DNA from: a virus | Lineage: Duplodnaviria > Caudoviricetes | Reading direction: 5' to 3' (one strand) | DNA length: 38,467 bases | IMG/VR virus record: IMGVR_UViG_3300044580_000551 | Coordinates: 1 to 38,467 of that record | Shown here: in pieces, positions 18,312 through 26,185 of the stretch | How the letters are laid out: each line of letters begins with the position of its first letter | Position numbering within the stretch: the stretch's first letter is position 1 | Program-made: the position numbers and the translations under genes | The notes under the pieces: model-generated | What the model was told of the DNA's origin: nothing | The model's database searches: none | The model's input: only the letters and a program-made list of their open reading frames with translations

Positions 18312-19030
18312 AAAAGTAGAAAAAGCCGCTTTTCCAGCGACTCAACCGGGGTTCCTTTGGGTTTTTCTTTGGGTGAAAGCTTTTGCAGGATGGAATTAGT
18401 AACAGCCTGCCTGCTGAAGATCATTCCTCCTGATACTTCAAATTCGGAGGGGAATGATTCATTCTCCATAAACAGGATGCCGTCGGCAAAGCCCAGTTCC
18501 ACCGCTTTCCTTGCGTTAAACCAGCTTTCCGCATCCATAAGGTGCGATATTTTCACCCGGGAAAGCCCGGTTTTCAGCTCATAGGCGTTGATGATGGATT
18601 CCTTTATTTCCTCCAGCATCGCGATAGCTTTCTCCATTTCCTCTGTATCACCGATGGCTATGGTCATTGGGTTGTGGATCATCATCATGCTGACAGGCGA
18701 CATGAAGACGTCGCATCCGGCCATGGCAATGACCGACGCGGCGCTGGCCGCAATACCGTCAATCTTTACGGTGACCTTGCCTTTGTAATCCATCAGCATG
18801 TTGTAAATCTGATTGGCCGCAAACACGTCGCCGCCAGGGCTGTTGATCCAGATCGTTATGTCTCCCTCTCCCGACAACAGCTCCGATTTGAACTGCTTGG
18901 GAGTCACCTCGTCTCCCAGCCAGCTTTCCTCGGCTATGGGGCCGTCGAGGTACAAAGTCCGGCTGCCGTCATCGTTTTGTATCCAGTTCCAAAATCGGCG
19001 AACCGGCCTTGTTTTTTGTGACTTGTTCAT
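18302..19030 (-). CDS. ClpP-like prohead maturation protease
   Basis: INSPGGDV, GIAASAASVI, MMIHNP, ESWFNA; ATG 19030 after GGAGGG. Confidence 0.93.
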   Translation of the reverse strand: MNKSQKTRPVRRFWNWIQNDDGSRTLYLDGPIAEESWLGDEVTPKQFKSELLSGEGDITIWINSPGGDVFAANQIYNMLMDYKGKVTVKIDGIAASAASVIAMAGCDVFMSPVSMMMIHNPMTIAIGDTEEMEKAIAMLEEIKESIINAYELKTGLSRVKISHLMDAESWFNARKAVELGFADGILFMENESFPSEFEVSGGMIFSRQAVTNSILQKLSPKEKPKGTPVESLEKRLFLLLPH

Positions 19031-20291
19031 TGTCCATTCCCTCCGTTTCAGCATTGGTTTTGCCTGCAAATGCTCCAGCATCGGCAAGCTTGGTCATATT
19101 ACCGTTGACAAGATACAAATCGCCGCCCAGTTCCGCGGGAATACGGTTCATGTTCTCAAGCTCGCGGATATCGTTGGCGCTCATCCAGCCGTTCTGGCGC
19201 GCCACGGCATAGCCGTTCATGCGGCTGGCATAATCCCCGCGCAAGAGGCCGTCCACGTTGAACTTGACAAAGTATGTCCGCTTCTCCGACGGCAAGAGAA
19301 GCGCCTTTTGGATGGCCTGCTCCCAGCGCACCACCCACGGGTCAAGGGTATACTTGACAAACTCCAGCGACTGCTGCTCAATGTTTGAAAAGCTTGACTT
19401 CTCAAGGTCGCCCACCATATGGGGCGGCACGCGGAATATCCGGGCGATCTCGTTTATCTGGAATTTCCTTGTCTCCAGAAACTGCGCCTGCTCCGGCGGG
19501 ATGCCGATTGGTTGGAACTTCATGCCCTCTTCCAGAACGGCAATGCGGTGGGCGTTGGCGCTGCCCTGATAGACGGCGTTCCAGCTTTCGCGCACCTTTG
19601 CCGGGTCCTTGAGCACGCCGGGATGTTCCAGCACGCCGCCCGGGTTTGCGCCGTTGGCAAAAAAGGACGCACCGTACTCTTCACAGGCAATAGCCATGCC
19701 TATGGCGTTCTTGGCCATAGCGATAGGGGAGTATCCGATCAGCCCGTCAAAGCCGAGCCCCGGGATATGCAGCACCTCGTCGCTTCGCAGGTACACCAGT
19801 CCAGCCTTCGGATTTGTCCTGCTCTCATCACTGTCTCGACGGTAGGTGTAAAACAACTCTCCGTTTGGAGCCCTGTCCACCGTCATCTTGTTTGGCAAAA
19901 GGGGATAAAGCGCCAGCACCCGGCCTGCGCCGTCCCTGATAACCTGGGCGTAGGCGTTTCCCCATAAAAGAAGATGACTCATCAGCGCCTCGCGGAACAC
20001 GAATGAAGTCATCTCAGGGTTTGGCTCGTCATGGAGCAGGTAATATAACGGGTGGGTCAGCGCTTTTTCTTTGCCGCCGTCTTCTTTATACCGGTACACA
20101 TGCAGCGGAAGACCGGCGATGGCCTCGGCCAGTATCCTCACACAGGCATACACAGCCGTTGTCTGCATGGCCGTCCGCTCATTGACAGCCTTGCCGCTGG
20201 ATGTGCCGCCGAAGAAAAAGCCGTATGCGTTGCCGAACAGGCTGTTTTTCGGTTTGTCCCTTGCTTTGAACATGCGGGAAAAGATATTCAT
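18969..20291 (-). CDS. Portal protein, HK97 family
   Basis: VYACVRILAE, LLWGNAYA, IARIFRVPP, SFSNIEQQ. Confidence 0.96.
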   Translation of the reverse strand: MNIFSRMFKARDKPKNSLFGNAYGFFFGGTSSGKAVNERTAMQTTAVYACVRILAEAIAGLPLHVYRYKEDGGKEKALTHPLYYLLHDEPNPEMTSFVFREALMSHLLLWGNAYAQVIRDGAGRVLALYPLLPNKMTVDRAPNGELFYTYRRDSDESRTNPKAGLVYLRSDEVLHIPGLGFDGLIGYSPIAMAKNAIGMAIACEEYGASFFANGANPGGVLEHPGVLKDPAKVRESWNAVYQGSANAHRIAVLEEGMKFQPIGIPPEQAQFLETRKFQINEIARIFRVPPHMVGDLEKSSFSNIEQQSLEFVKYTLDPWVVRWEQAIQKALLLPSEKRTYFVKFNVDGLLRGDYASRMNGYAVARQNGWMSANDIRELENMNRIPAELGGDLYLVNGNMTKLADAGAFAGKTNAETEGMDNEQVTKNKAGSPILELDTKR

Positions 20292-21889
20292 ATAAACAAC
20301 AACCCCCTTTCATCGTAAACCGAGCCGGTATTCTCCCCGCTGTGCCTTAATGCGCGGTCAAGCGCCATAATTAACGCTACCGCACCATCTATTCTCTCGG
20401 TGGATTTTTCTTTATCCGGCTTAATGTTTCCGGCGGGATCGGTTTTGACATAGATATTGTCCATCATCCACCGCAGTACTGGATTACCACCATGGGCGAT
20501 GCGTTCTTCCAATGTCAGCTTCATCAACTCTTTTGTAGGCGGCGACATATCCTTGAAACCCTGACCGAATGGAACAACCGTAAAGCCCATGCTTTCCAGG
20601 TTCTGCGTCATCTGCACCGCGCCCCACCGGTCAAAGGCTATTTCCTTAATGTTATATTTCATTCCGAGTTCCTCAATAAAGGTCTCGATAAAGCCATAAT
20701 GCACCACGTTGCCCTCAGTGGTGTATAAAAAGCCCTGCCGTTCCCAAACATCATACGGCACATGATCCCGCCGCACGCGCTGGTCGATATTGTCCTCCGG
20801 TATCCAGAAAAAAGGCAGGATCTGATATTTGTCCGATTCATCCAGCGGCGGAAACACGAGAACAAAGGCTGTGATATCGGTGGTGCTGGATAAATCAAGC
20901 CCGCCGTAGCAGATGCGACCGCGCAAGCTTTCCGCATCGACGGGGAAGGCGCACCTGTCCCATTTGTCCATAGGCATCCAGCGCACCGATTGCTTTACCC
21001 ATTGATTTAAGCGAAGCTGACGGAATAAGTTTTCCTCTGCGGGGTTTTGCTTGGCGTTTTCAAAGGCCACCCTCAGTTTTTCGATGTCAACTGTAATGCC
21101 CAGCGAAGGGTTGACCTTTCTCCACACCTTTTCGCTTGTCCAGTCGTCGGTATCGGCTGCGCTGTAGATAACCGGGTAGAAAGTCGGATCGATCTTTCGT
21201 CCCTGCAGGATGTCCTCCGCTTTTTGATGCACCTCCCAGCAGATGGAGTTTCTGTCGGTGCCTGCCGTCGTAATCAGAAAGAAAAGCGGCTGCTTCCTTG
21301 CGTCGCCGGAACCTTTGGTCATAACGTCATACAGTTCCCGGTTGGGCTGCGTATGAATTTCATCAAAGATAATGCCATGAACATTCAGCCCATGCTTGGT
21401 ATACGCCTCCGCTGAAAGCACCTGATAAAAACTGCCCAGCGGTTTGTAAATCAGCCGTTTTCTCGACAATATCGGCTTAATACGGGACTTTAACGCAGGG
21501 CATTGCTCCACCATGTCCACCGCCACGTCGAAAACGATGGAAGCCTGCTGCCGGTCTGATGCACATCCGTAAACCTCGCCGCCATGCTCAAAATCGCCGC
21601 AGGTCAGGTATAAGGCGATGGCCGCCGCAAGCTCGCTCTTCCCCTGTTTTTTTGGGATTTCTATATAGGCAGTGTTGAACTGCCGGTATCCGTTCGGTTT
21701 CAAGACGCCGAATATATCCCGGACAATCTGCTCCTGCCAGTCAATAAGCTCAAAGGGCATCCCGTACCATTCGCCCTTGGTATGCTTCAGGCAGTTTATA
21801 AAGGCAACGGCGGCGTCCGCCGCTTCCTTGTCGTATCGGGAACCTTCCGCCATAAACTTGGTTGGCTTATATCGCTTTAACTTCCGCAG
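20288..21889 (-). CDS. terL: Terminase large subunit
   Basis: IPKKQGKS Walker A, IIFDEIH Walker B, ITTAG, GGLDLS nuclease; probable CTG start at 21889 (first ATG is 21853). Confidence 0.95.
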   Translation of the reverse strand: MRKLKRYKPTKFMAEGSRYDKEAADAAVAFINCLKHTKGEWYGMPFELIDWQEQIVRDIFGVLKPNGYRQFNTAYIEIPKKQGKSELAAAIALYLTCGDFEHGGEVYGCASDRQQASIVFDVAVDMVEQCPALKSRIKPILSRKRLIYKPLGSFYQVLSAEAYTKHGLNVHGIIFDEIHTQPNRELYDVMTKGSGDARKQPLFFLITTAGTDRNSICWEVHQKAEDILQGRKIDPTFYPVIYSAADTDDWTSEKVWRKVNPSLGITVDIEKLRVAFENAKQNPAEENLFRQLRLNQWVKQSVRWMPMDKWDRCAFPVDAESLRGRICYGGLDLSSTTDITAFVLVFPPLDESDKYQILPFFWIPEDNIDQRVRRDHVPYDVWERQGFLYTTEGNVVHYGFIETFIEELGMKYNIKEIAFDRWGAVQMTQNLESMGFTVVPFGQGFKDMSPPTKELMKLTLEERIAHGGNPVLRWMMDNIYVKTDPAGNIKPDKEKSTERIDGAVALIMALDRALRHSGENTGSVYDERGLLFI

Positions 21890-21918
21890 CTTTGCCGCCT
21901 CCCTTCCTGAAAGTGAAC

Positions 21919-21949
21919 AAGAAAAAAGGAACCTCCTTACGAAGTTCCT
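21919..21949 (-). terminator. Intrinsic terminator closing the amidoligase cassette
   Basis: AGGAACTTC-gtaag-GAGGTTCCT then TTTTTCTT. Confidence 0.78.
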
Positions 21950-21997
21950 CTCATCAAGTGGATTTCTATGAAATTTCTATGCCGGCGGCGTCTTTCC

Positions 21998-22465
21998 CTA
22001 TATCTCCGCTTTATCCATATGCGCCGCAGAATCCCGCACCGCTTTATTGAGAACGGAAATGTCAAAGCCCACGTCCATATATCCCTGCCGGATTACCTCG
22101 TAGTAGTAACGGCTAGGCGTTCCCAAAGGCCTGCCTTCATTCATGATATATACCATGGCGGACACCCACTGACCTTTGAAACGCACCTTAACCGTTTCCT
22201 TCCGGTAAAGATGCGGATATCCCTCATACCGGTTCAGCGCTTCCTCGTCATAAGGCGTGATTCTCCAAAGCAATACCGGCACGCTTCCGCCTTTTTGCCT
22301 TTCTATTGTCGCCACCGCGCCTCCATTGCCGCCCCGGAACAGCAGCCGGTAGCCTGTGAGCTTTGCGCTCCCCATAACCCTCGCCGTCGGACAGCGGCAT
22401 GCCATCTGCTTCAAATTCAGGTTACTTCCGTATGCCAGATAAATTGTTCCTGTTTCCTTGTCCAT
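21998..22465 (-). CDS. Gamma-glutamylcyclotransferase (AIG2-like) protein
   Basis: YLAYGSNL, RCP, LNRYEGYP; ATG 22465 after AAGGAGG. Confidence 0.9.
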   Translation of the reverse strand: MDKETGTIYLAYGSNLNLKQMACRCPTARVMGSAKLTGYRLLFRGGNGGAVATIERQKGGSVPVLLWRITPYDEEALNRYEGYPHLYRKETVKVRFKGQWVSAMVYIMNEGRPLGTPSRYYYEVIRQGYMDVGFDISVLNKAVRDSAAHMDKAEI

Positions 22466-22530
22466 CACATCATCCTCCTTGTGTTTGCCGCAGGATAAGG
22501 GGCGGCTGTCCGCCCCAAGCGCCCGTTTAT

Positions 22531-23430
22531 CTATGCCGCCCGAAACCGCCATGCCGCGTTGCCGTCGAGGTGTTTGCAAAGGTGCTCCCGGCAGTTTTTG
22601 AATTCGTCGCCGATAAGCCCGATGCGGTTGAGGTAGGTGCGCATGGCGAATTTTTCGTTTTCAACCTGCGGCTTCTTGCTGGAAGCGCATTTTTGCGTCA
22701 GCGCCTGATGGTTCAGCGCCAATGCAAGCACTATGTAGCTCCTTATTTTCCCGGCGTGGAGCTCGCTGTTGAAGCCTCTAAGCTCGATCGTTCCGTTGCC
22801 GTTGAAAAAGCTGTGCAGGTTCAAAAAATTGTACCTACTACTATGGTAATGTTGCATGCGGCTTCCCTCATAGCCTTCATACCAGATGCTTTCGATGGTC
22901 GCCATGGTCTTGGGTTTTCTGCGGTTTAATTTTTCCACCAGCGCCTCGTCCATTTTCTTGCAAAAACGCATCCTTTCCGGCTCAATCTGCAGCGCCTTGT
23001 AGAGCAGGTCGTTCTTGCTGGCAATGATGTTGATGAAGTTGCGGATGCTTCTTGGCGTGTGGTTTGCGCTGTCAAGATGGACATGAATTCCTGCACTGCT
23101 GTTGCTGAAGCCGCCCGCCTTGCGGAGCCTCCTGATCAGCTCCTGCAGGGTTTCAATGTCCTCCCGGTAGGTGAGTATGGGGCTTACCAACTCAACGCTG
23201 TATTCGCGGCCCGCCTCCACAATCCGGCCGCGTTCCTTTTTCTGCGTTTTGATGCTGCCGTCGCTCATGAATTTCCAGACCCGTCCGTCCGGCGCGATAA
23301 CTTTCTGCGTGTTGTAATAATCGTTTCCGCTTTCGACCCTCCCGCCCAAAAACTCCGCGGCGACCTTTGCCGCCTGCGCCCTTGTGATCCCTGTGAATTC
23401 AACCTCGATTCCGAATCTCGTTTCAAGCAT
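22531..23430 (-). CDS. Putative amidoligase (COOH-NH2 ligase, Amidoligase_2 type)
   Basis: FGIEVEF, DGSI, VELVSP, AGIHVH, SRY..LN, TIELR. Confidence 0.9.
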   Translation of the reverse strand: MLETRFGIEVEFTGITRAQAAKVAAEFLGGRVESGNDYYNTQKVIAPDGRVWKFMSDGSIKTQKKERGRIVEAGREYSVELVSPILTYREDIETLQELIRRLRKAGGFSNSSAGIHVHLDSANHTPRSIRNFINIIASKNDLLYKALQIEPERMRFCKKMDEALVEKLNRRKPKTMATIESIWYEGYEGSRMQHYHSSRYNFLNLHSFFNGNGTIELRGFNSELHAGKIRSYIVLALALNHQALTQKCASSKKPQVENEKFAMRTYLNRIGLIGDEFKNCREHLCKHLDGNAAWRFRAA

Positions 23431-23476
23431 TGTGCTTTTCTCCTCGCTTTCCCTGTGTTTTCTGCCCTTCGGCAGT

Positions 23477-23511
23477 GTACATTAGGCCATTGAAAACACA
23501 GGATAGCAAGG
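23477..23511 (-). promoter_or_regulatory. Putative promoter of amidoligase-GGCT genes (motif copy 2)
   Basis: CCTTGCT-N22-ATGTAC; AATTGCCTTGCTAT identical to copy 1. Confidence 0.65.
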
Positions 23512-23581
23512 CAATTCTGCATGAGTTTCCGCCGGATTTTCAACAGTTTTTCGCGGCGGGATTTGTGTACATTTGGGCGCA

Positions 23582-23812
23582 TTACAGCCGCCTGATCAGG
23601 TCTTCACCATAGGCAACGCCGAGGGTTGAACCGCAATCCCAATCCACAAAAATGGTGCCGATATCGTCCACAAAGGAAACGGTGCCTTGATCTCCCGGTT
23701 TCAGCGCGGCGTACGGATCATTCATGCGGATAAGCTCTACGCGTGTCCCCGGCGGAAATTCCGCTCTTATCTTTTGAACGGTTTCTTTTGAAGGAAAGCC
23801 TCCTGCGCTCAT
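23582..23812 (-). CDS. DUF4314-like small protein
   Basis: PPGTRVELIRMNDPY..GTV..VDDIGTI.V.WD.GS.L. Confidence 0.85.
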   Translation of the reverse strand: MSAGGFPSKETVQKIRAEFPPGTRVELIRMNDPYAALKPGDQGTVSFVDDIGTIFVDWDCGSTLGVAYGEDLIRRL

Positions 23813-24150
23813 TTTTCGTCCTCCTCTCCCGGATAATATGCGGCGTACTTGGGATAATCCGTGCCGTCCGGCATCAACAGCACTCCGTCCGGCCGCCCGC
23901 GCCGCCGCACCAGCAGGCAACGCCATACGCCGTCTTCGCCAATTCGGCAGAGCTCCTTATTTTCCTCGATAAACCGGCGGCCGACGCACAGATCGGTAAT
24001 GAAGTTCTCGTAGTCAATCTTTGAAAGCCCGATGGTTTTCACAACCGCAAAAGGCTTTTCCTCCTTATGCGGATGCGGTTTTCTCAAATCCTCGATTGCA
24101 AACGGACGCCGCACAAAGAAGGCGGTGTTTTGAAAATCATTCATTTTCAT
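23809..24150 (-). CDS. Hypothetical protein (DUF6329-like)
   Basis: CLLV..G..DGVLL..DGTDYPKY motif; ATGA coupling to next gene; start 24150 or 24144. Confidence 0.7.
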   Translation of the reverse strand: MKMNDFQNTAFFVRRPFAIEDLRKPHPHKEEKPFAVVKTIGLSKIDYENFITDLCVGRRFIEENKELCRIGEDGVWRCLLVRRRGRPDGVLLMPDGTDYPKYAAYYPGEEDEK

Positions 24151-24811
24151 CCGCCGCCTTCGCTCTGCCTTTCCGGTAAGCCCCGTTTCCGGACAGCCTT
24201 GAAAGCAGCACCTTACGTTCAGTTTTGAAATCATCCCCTATAAACCCCAACCGGAGCAGGAAGCAGCGGAAAGCATATTTTTCATTGTGCGCCGGTTTTT
24301 CGGCAGCCAGCACGCGCTTCTGTGTCTTTGCCTGTTCCGCCATCTGCCTTGCCAGCGTAATATACGTCTGTACCTCGTCGGCATTTAAGGTCGCATTCCA
24401 AAAAGGGAATGTGATTTCGTTGTTTTCAGCCGAAACTTCTATGTCACAGTCAGCCGACAGCGCTTTCTTGATCAGCGTTTCCTTGCTTGCCAGCATATTT
24501 TTAAGGTTTTCAAGACTCGCCTCGCCAAAGCCGTGCAAAGCAAGCGCAATCGTCATGTTTTCCTCCGCTGACAGCCCGGCGATATTCAGCGCGTCGATCA
24601 CCGGCCGGACGCTTTTGATTTCATCAAGGCCGATTTCCGGCGAATGCACCACGCCGTCCCTGTCAACCGTCCAGCCATCAGCTTCGTAGGCAAAGCCCGG
24701 CGCTCCGGCATAGCGCACCTGGCCTCCGAGGGCCTCGGCGATTATTGCGGCAATAACTTTTCTCTCTTGACCGGCAACCTTCTGTGAAAAGCGGAAGCTG
24801 TTATTCCTCAT
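24137..24811 (-). CDS. Phage 'virulence-related' type protein; probable degenerate amidoligase paralogue
   Basis: NEKYAFRCFLLRLGFIG..LSGNGAY aligns with the amidoligase C-terminus; ATG 24811 after GGGAGGTG. Confidence 0.82.
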   Translation of the reverse strand: MRNNSFRFSQKVAGQERKVIAAIIAEALGGQVRYAGAPGFAYEADGWTVDRDGVVHSPEIGLDEIKSVRPVIDALNIAGLSAEENMTIALALHGFGEASLENLKNMLASKETLIKKALSADCDIEVSAENNEITFPFWNATLNADEVQTYITLARQMAEQAKTQKRVLAAEKPAHNEKYAFRCFLLRLGFIGDDFKTERKVLLSRLSGNGAYRKGRAKAADENE

Positions 24812-24885
24812 TCCGTACACCTCCCATCAAATAAGCTAAACCATTTCTGATTCCCATAAAAATCCCACCTTTCTTTTTTGGTGGG

Positions 24886-24920
24886 GTACATTAACGCTCT
24901 GTTTTAAGGGGAAAGCAAGG
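24886..24920 (-). promoter_or_regulatory. Putative promoter of accessory cassette (motif copy 3)
   Basis: CCTTGCT-N22-ATGTAC in intergenic DNA. Confidence 0.65.
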
Positions 24921-24926
24921 ACATTT

Positions 24927-26180
24927 TTAAGCAATCTGTGTTTCCGCGTAAGGAGTTTTTTCACCATCGCACAGCAGGAAAACCGAATCTGATCCAAATT
25001 GTGAAACATAGCGCTTTACAATCACATCGCAGTATTTCGGGTCAAGCTCCATCATGAAGCAAATCCGCCCGGTCTGCTCAGTGGCAATCATTGTCGTGCC
25101 GGAACCTCCGAATAAATCAAGCGCCAAATCTCCCGCACGGGAACTGTTGAGCATGGCCTTTGCCACAAGCGAAACGGGCTTCATGGTCGGGTGCTCCTCC
25201 GACACTTTCGGGCGGGGTATCTCCCAGACATCCGACTGCTTGCGGTCTGCTAGCGGACAGAGGCGCGTTCCTTCCAGCCAGCCGTACCAGATCGGCTCGT
25301 ACTGGGTATGATAGTCCTTGCGGGACAGCACCAGGCTGTCCTTTTTCCATATAATCGTGCTTGACCAGTGGTACCCTGCCTCCCGCAGGGCGTTCATAAC
25401 GTTGCCCCATTCCTGGGCAGACATCACCACATAGGTCATGCACCCGGCCTCCGAAACCTCGCGCATACAGTTAAAAGCGCGCAATAAAAAAGCGCCGAAT
25501 TCCTCGGTGCTCATCCTGTCGTTTAGAATTTGCCTCGGCTTCCAGCTTGGATGTCTGGTATCCGAACCGTAATCCACATTCCATGGCGGGTCGGTGAAAA
25601 CAAACCGCGCCTTTTGGCCATCCATCAGCTTTTGCACATCTGAAAGCAAGGTGCTGTCCCCGCACATCAGACGGTGACTGCCAAGCATCCATATGTCGCC
25701 CCTTTGGGTAACCGGAGTTTTGATTTCTGCTGCCGCCTTTTCCGCATCGAAATTATCCTCTTTGACATTGGCGGCAGTCTTATCGCGGAACAACTCGTCT
25801 ATTTCCGCAGCGTCAAACCCGGTAAGGGAGACGTCAAAGCCGTCTTCATTCAAACCTTTAAGCAGATCGGTCAAAAGCGGGATGTCAAACTCTCCGCTGA
25901 TTTTATTCAGAGCCACATTGAGCGCCTTTTCCCGCTGCTCATCCAAATCAACCACAACACAGTCGATTTCCTTATACCCCAAGGCAGTCAATACCTTATA
26001 CCGCTGGTGGCCGCCGACGATATTCCCTGTGCGCCTGTTCCATATGACCGGCTCTACATATCCGAACTCCTCAATGGAGCGGCAAAGCTTTTCATATTCA
26101 GAATCGCCCGGCTTTAAGTCCTTCCGCGGGTTATATTTTGCAGCTTTTAATTTTTCTGCAGGTATTTTCTGTATCTCCAT
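24927..26180 (-). CDS. ParB-like domain + amino-DNA methyltransferase (DPPW)
   Basis: YNPRK..IVGGHQR ParB-like domain; FTDPPW, HPTMKP, DLFGGSGTT. Confidence 0.92.
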   Translation of the reverse strand: MEIQKIPAEKLKAAKYNPRKDLKPGDSEYEKLCRSIEEFGYVEPVIWNRRTGNIVGGHQRYKVLTALGYKEIDCVVVDLDEQREKALNVALNKISGEFDIPLLTDLLKGLNEDGFDVSLTGFDAAEIDELFRDKTAANVKEDNFDAEKAAAEIKTPVTQRGDIWMLGSHRLMCGDSTLLSDVQKLMDGQKARFVFTDPPWNVDYGSDTRHPSWKPRQILNDRMSTEEFGAFLLRAFNCMREVSEAGCMTYVVMSAQEWGNVMNALREAGYHWSSTIIWKKDSLVLSRKDYHTQYEPIWYGWLEGTRLCPLADRKQSDVWEIPRPKVSEEHPTMKPVSLVAKAMLNSSRAGDLALDLFGGSGTTMIATEQTGRICFMMELDPKYCDVIVKRYVSQFGSDSVFLLCDGEKTPYAETQIA

Positions 26181-26185
26181 AAATG

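Noticed and set aside
18969-19030. Portal/protease 62-nt overlap as a fusion or frameshift
   Set aside because: The protease has its own strong RBS and no convincing slippery site was seen.
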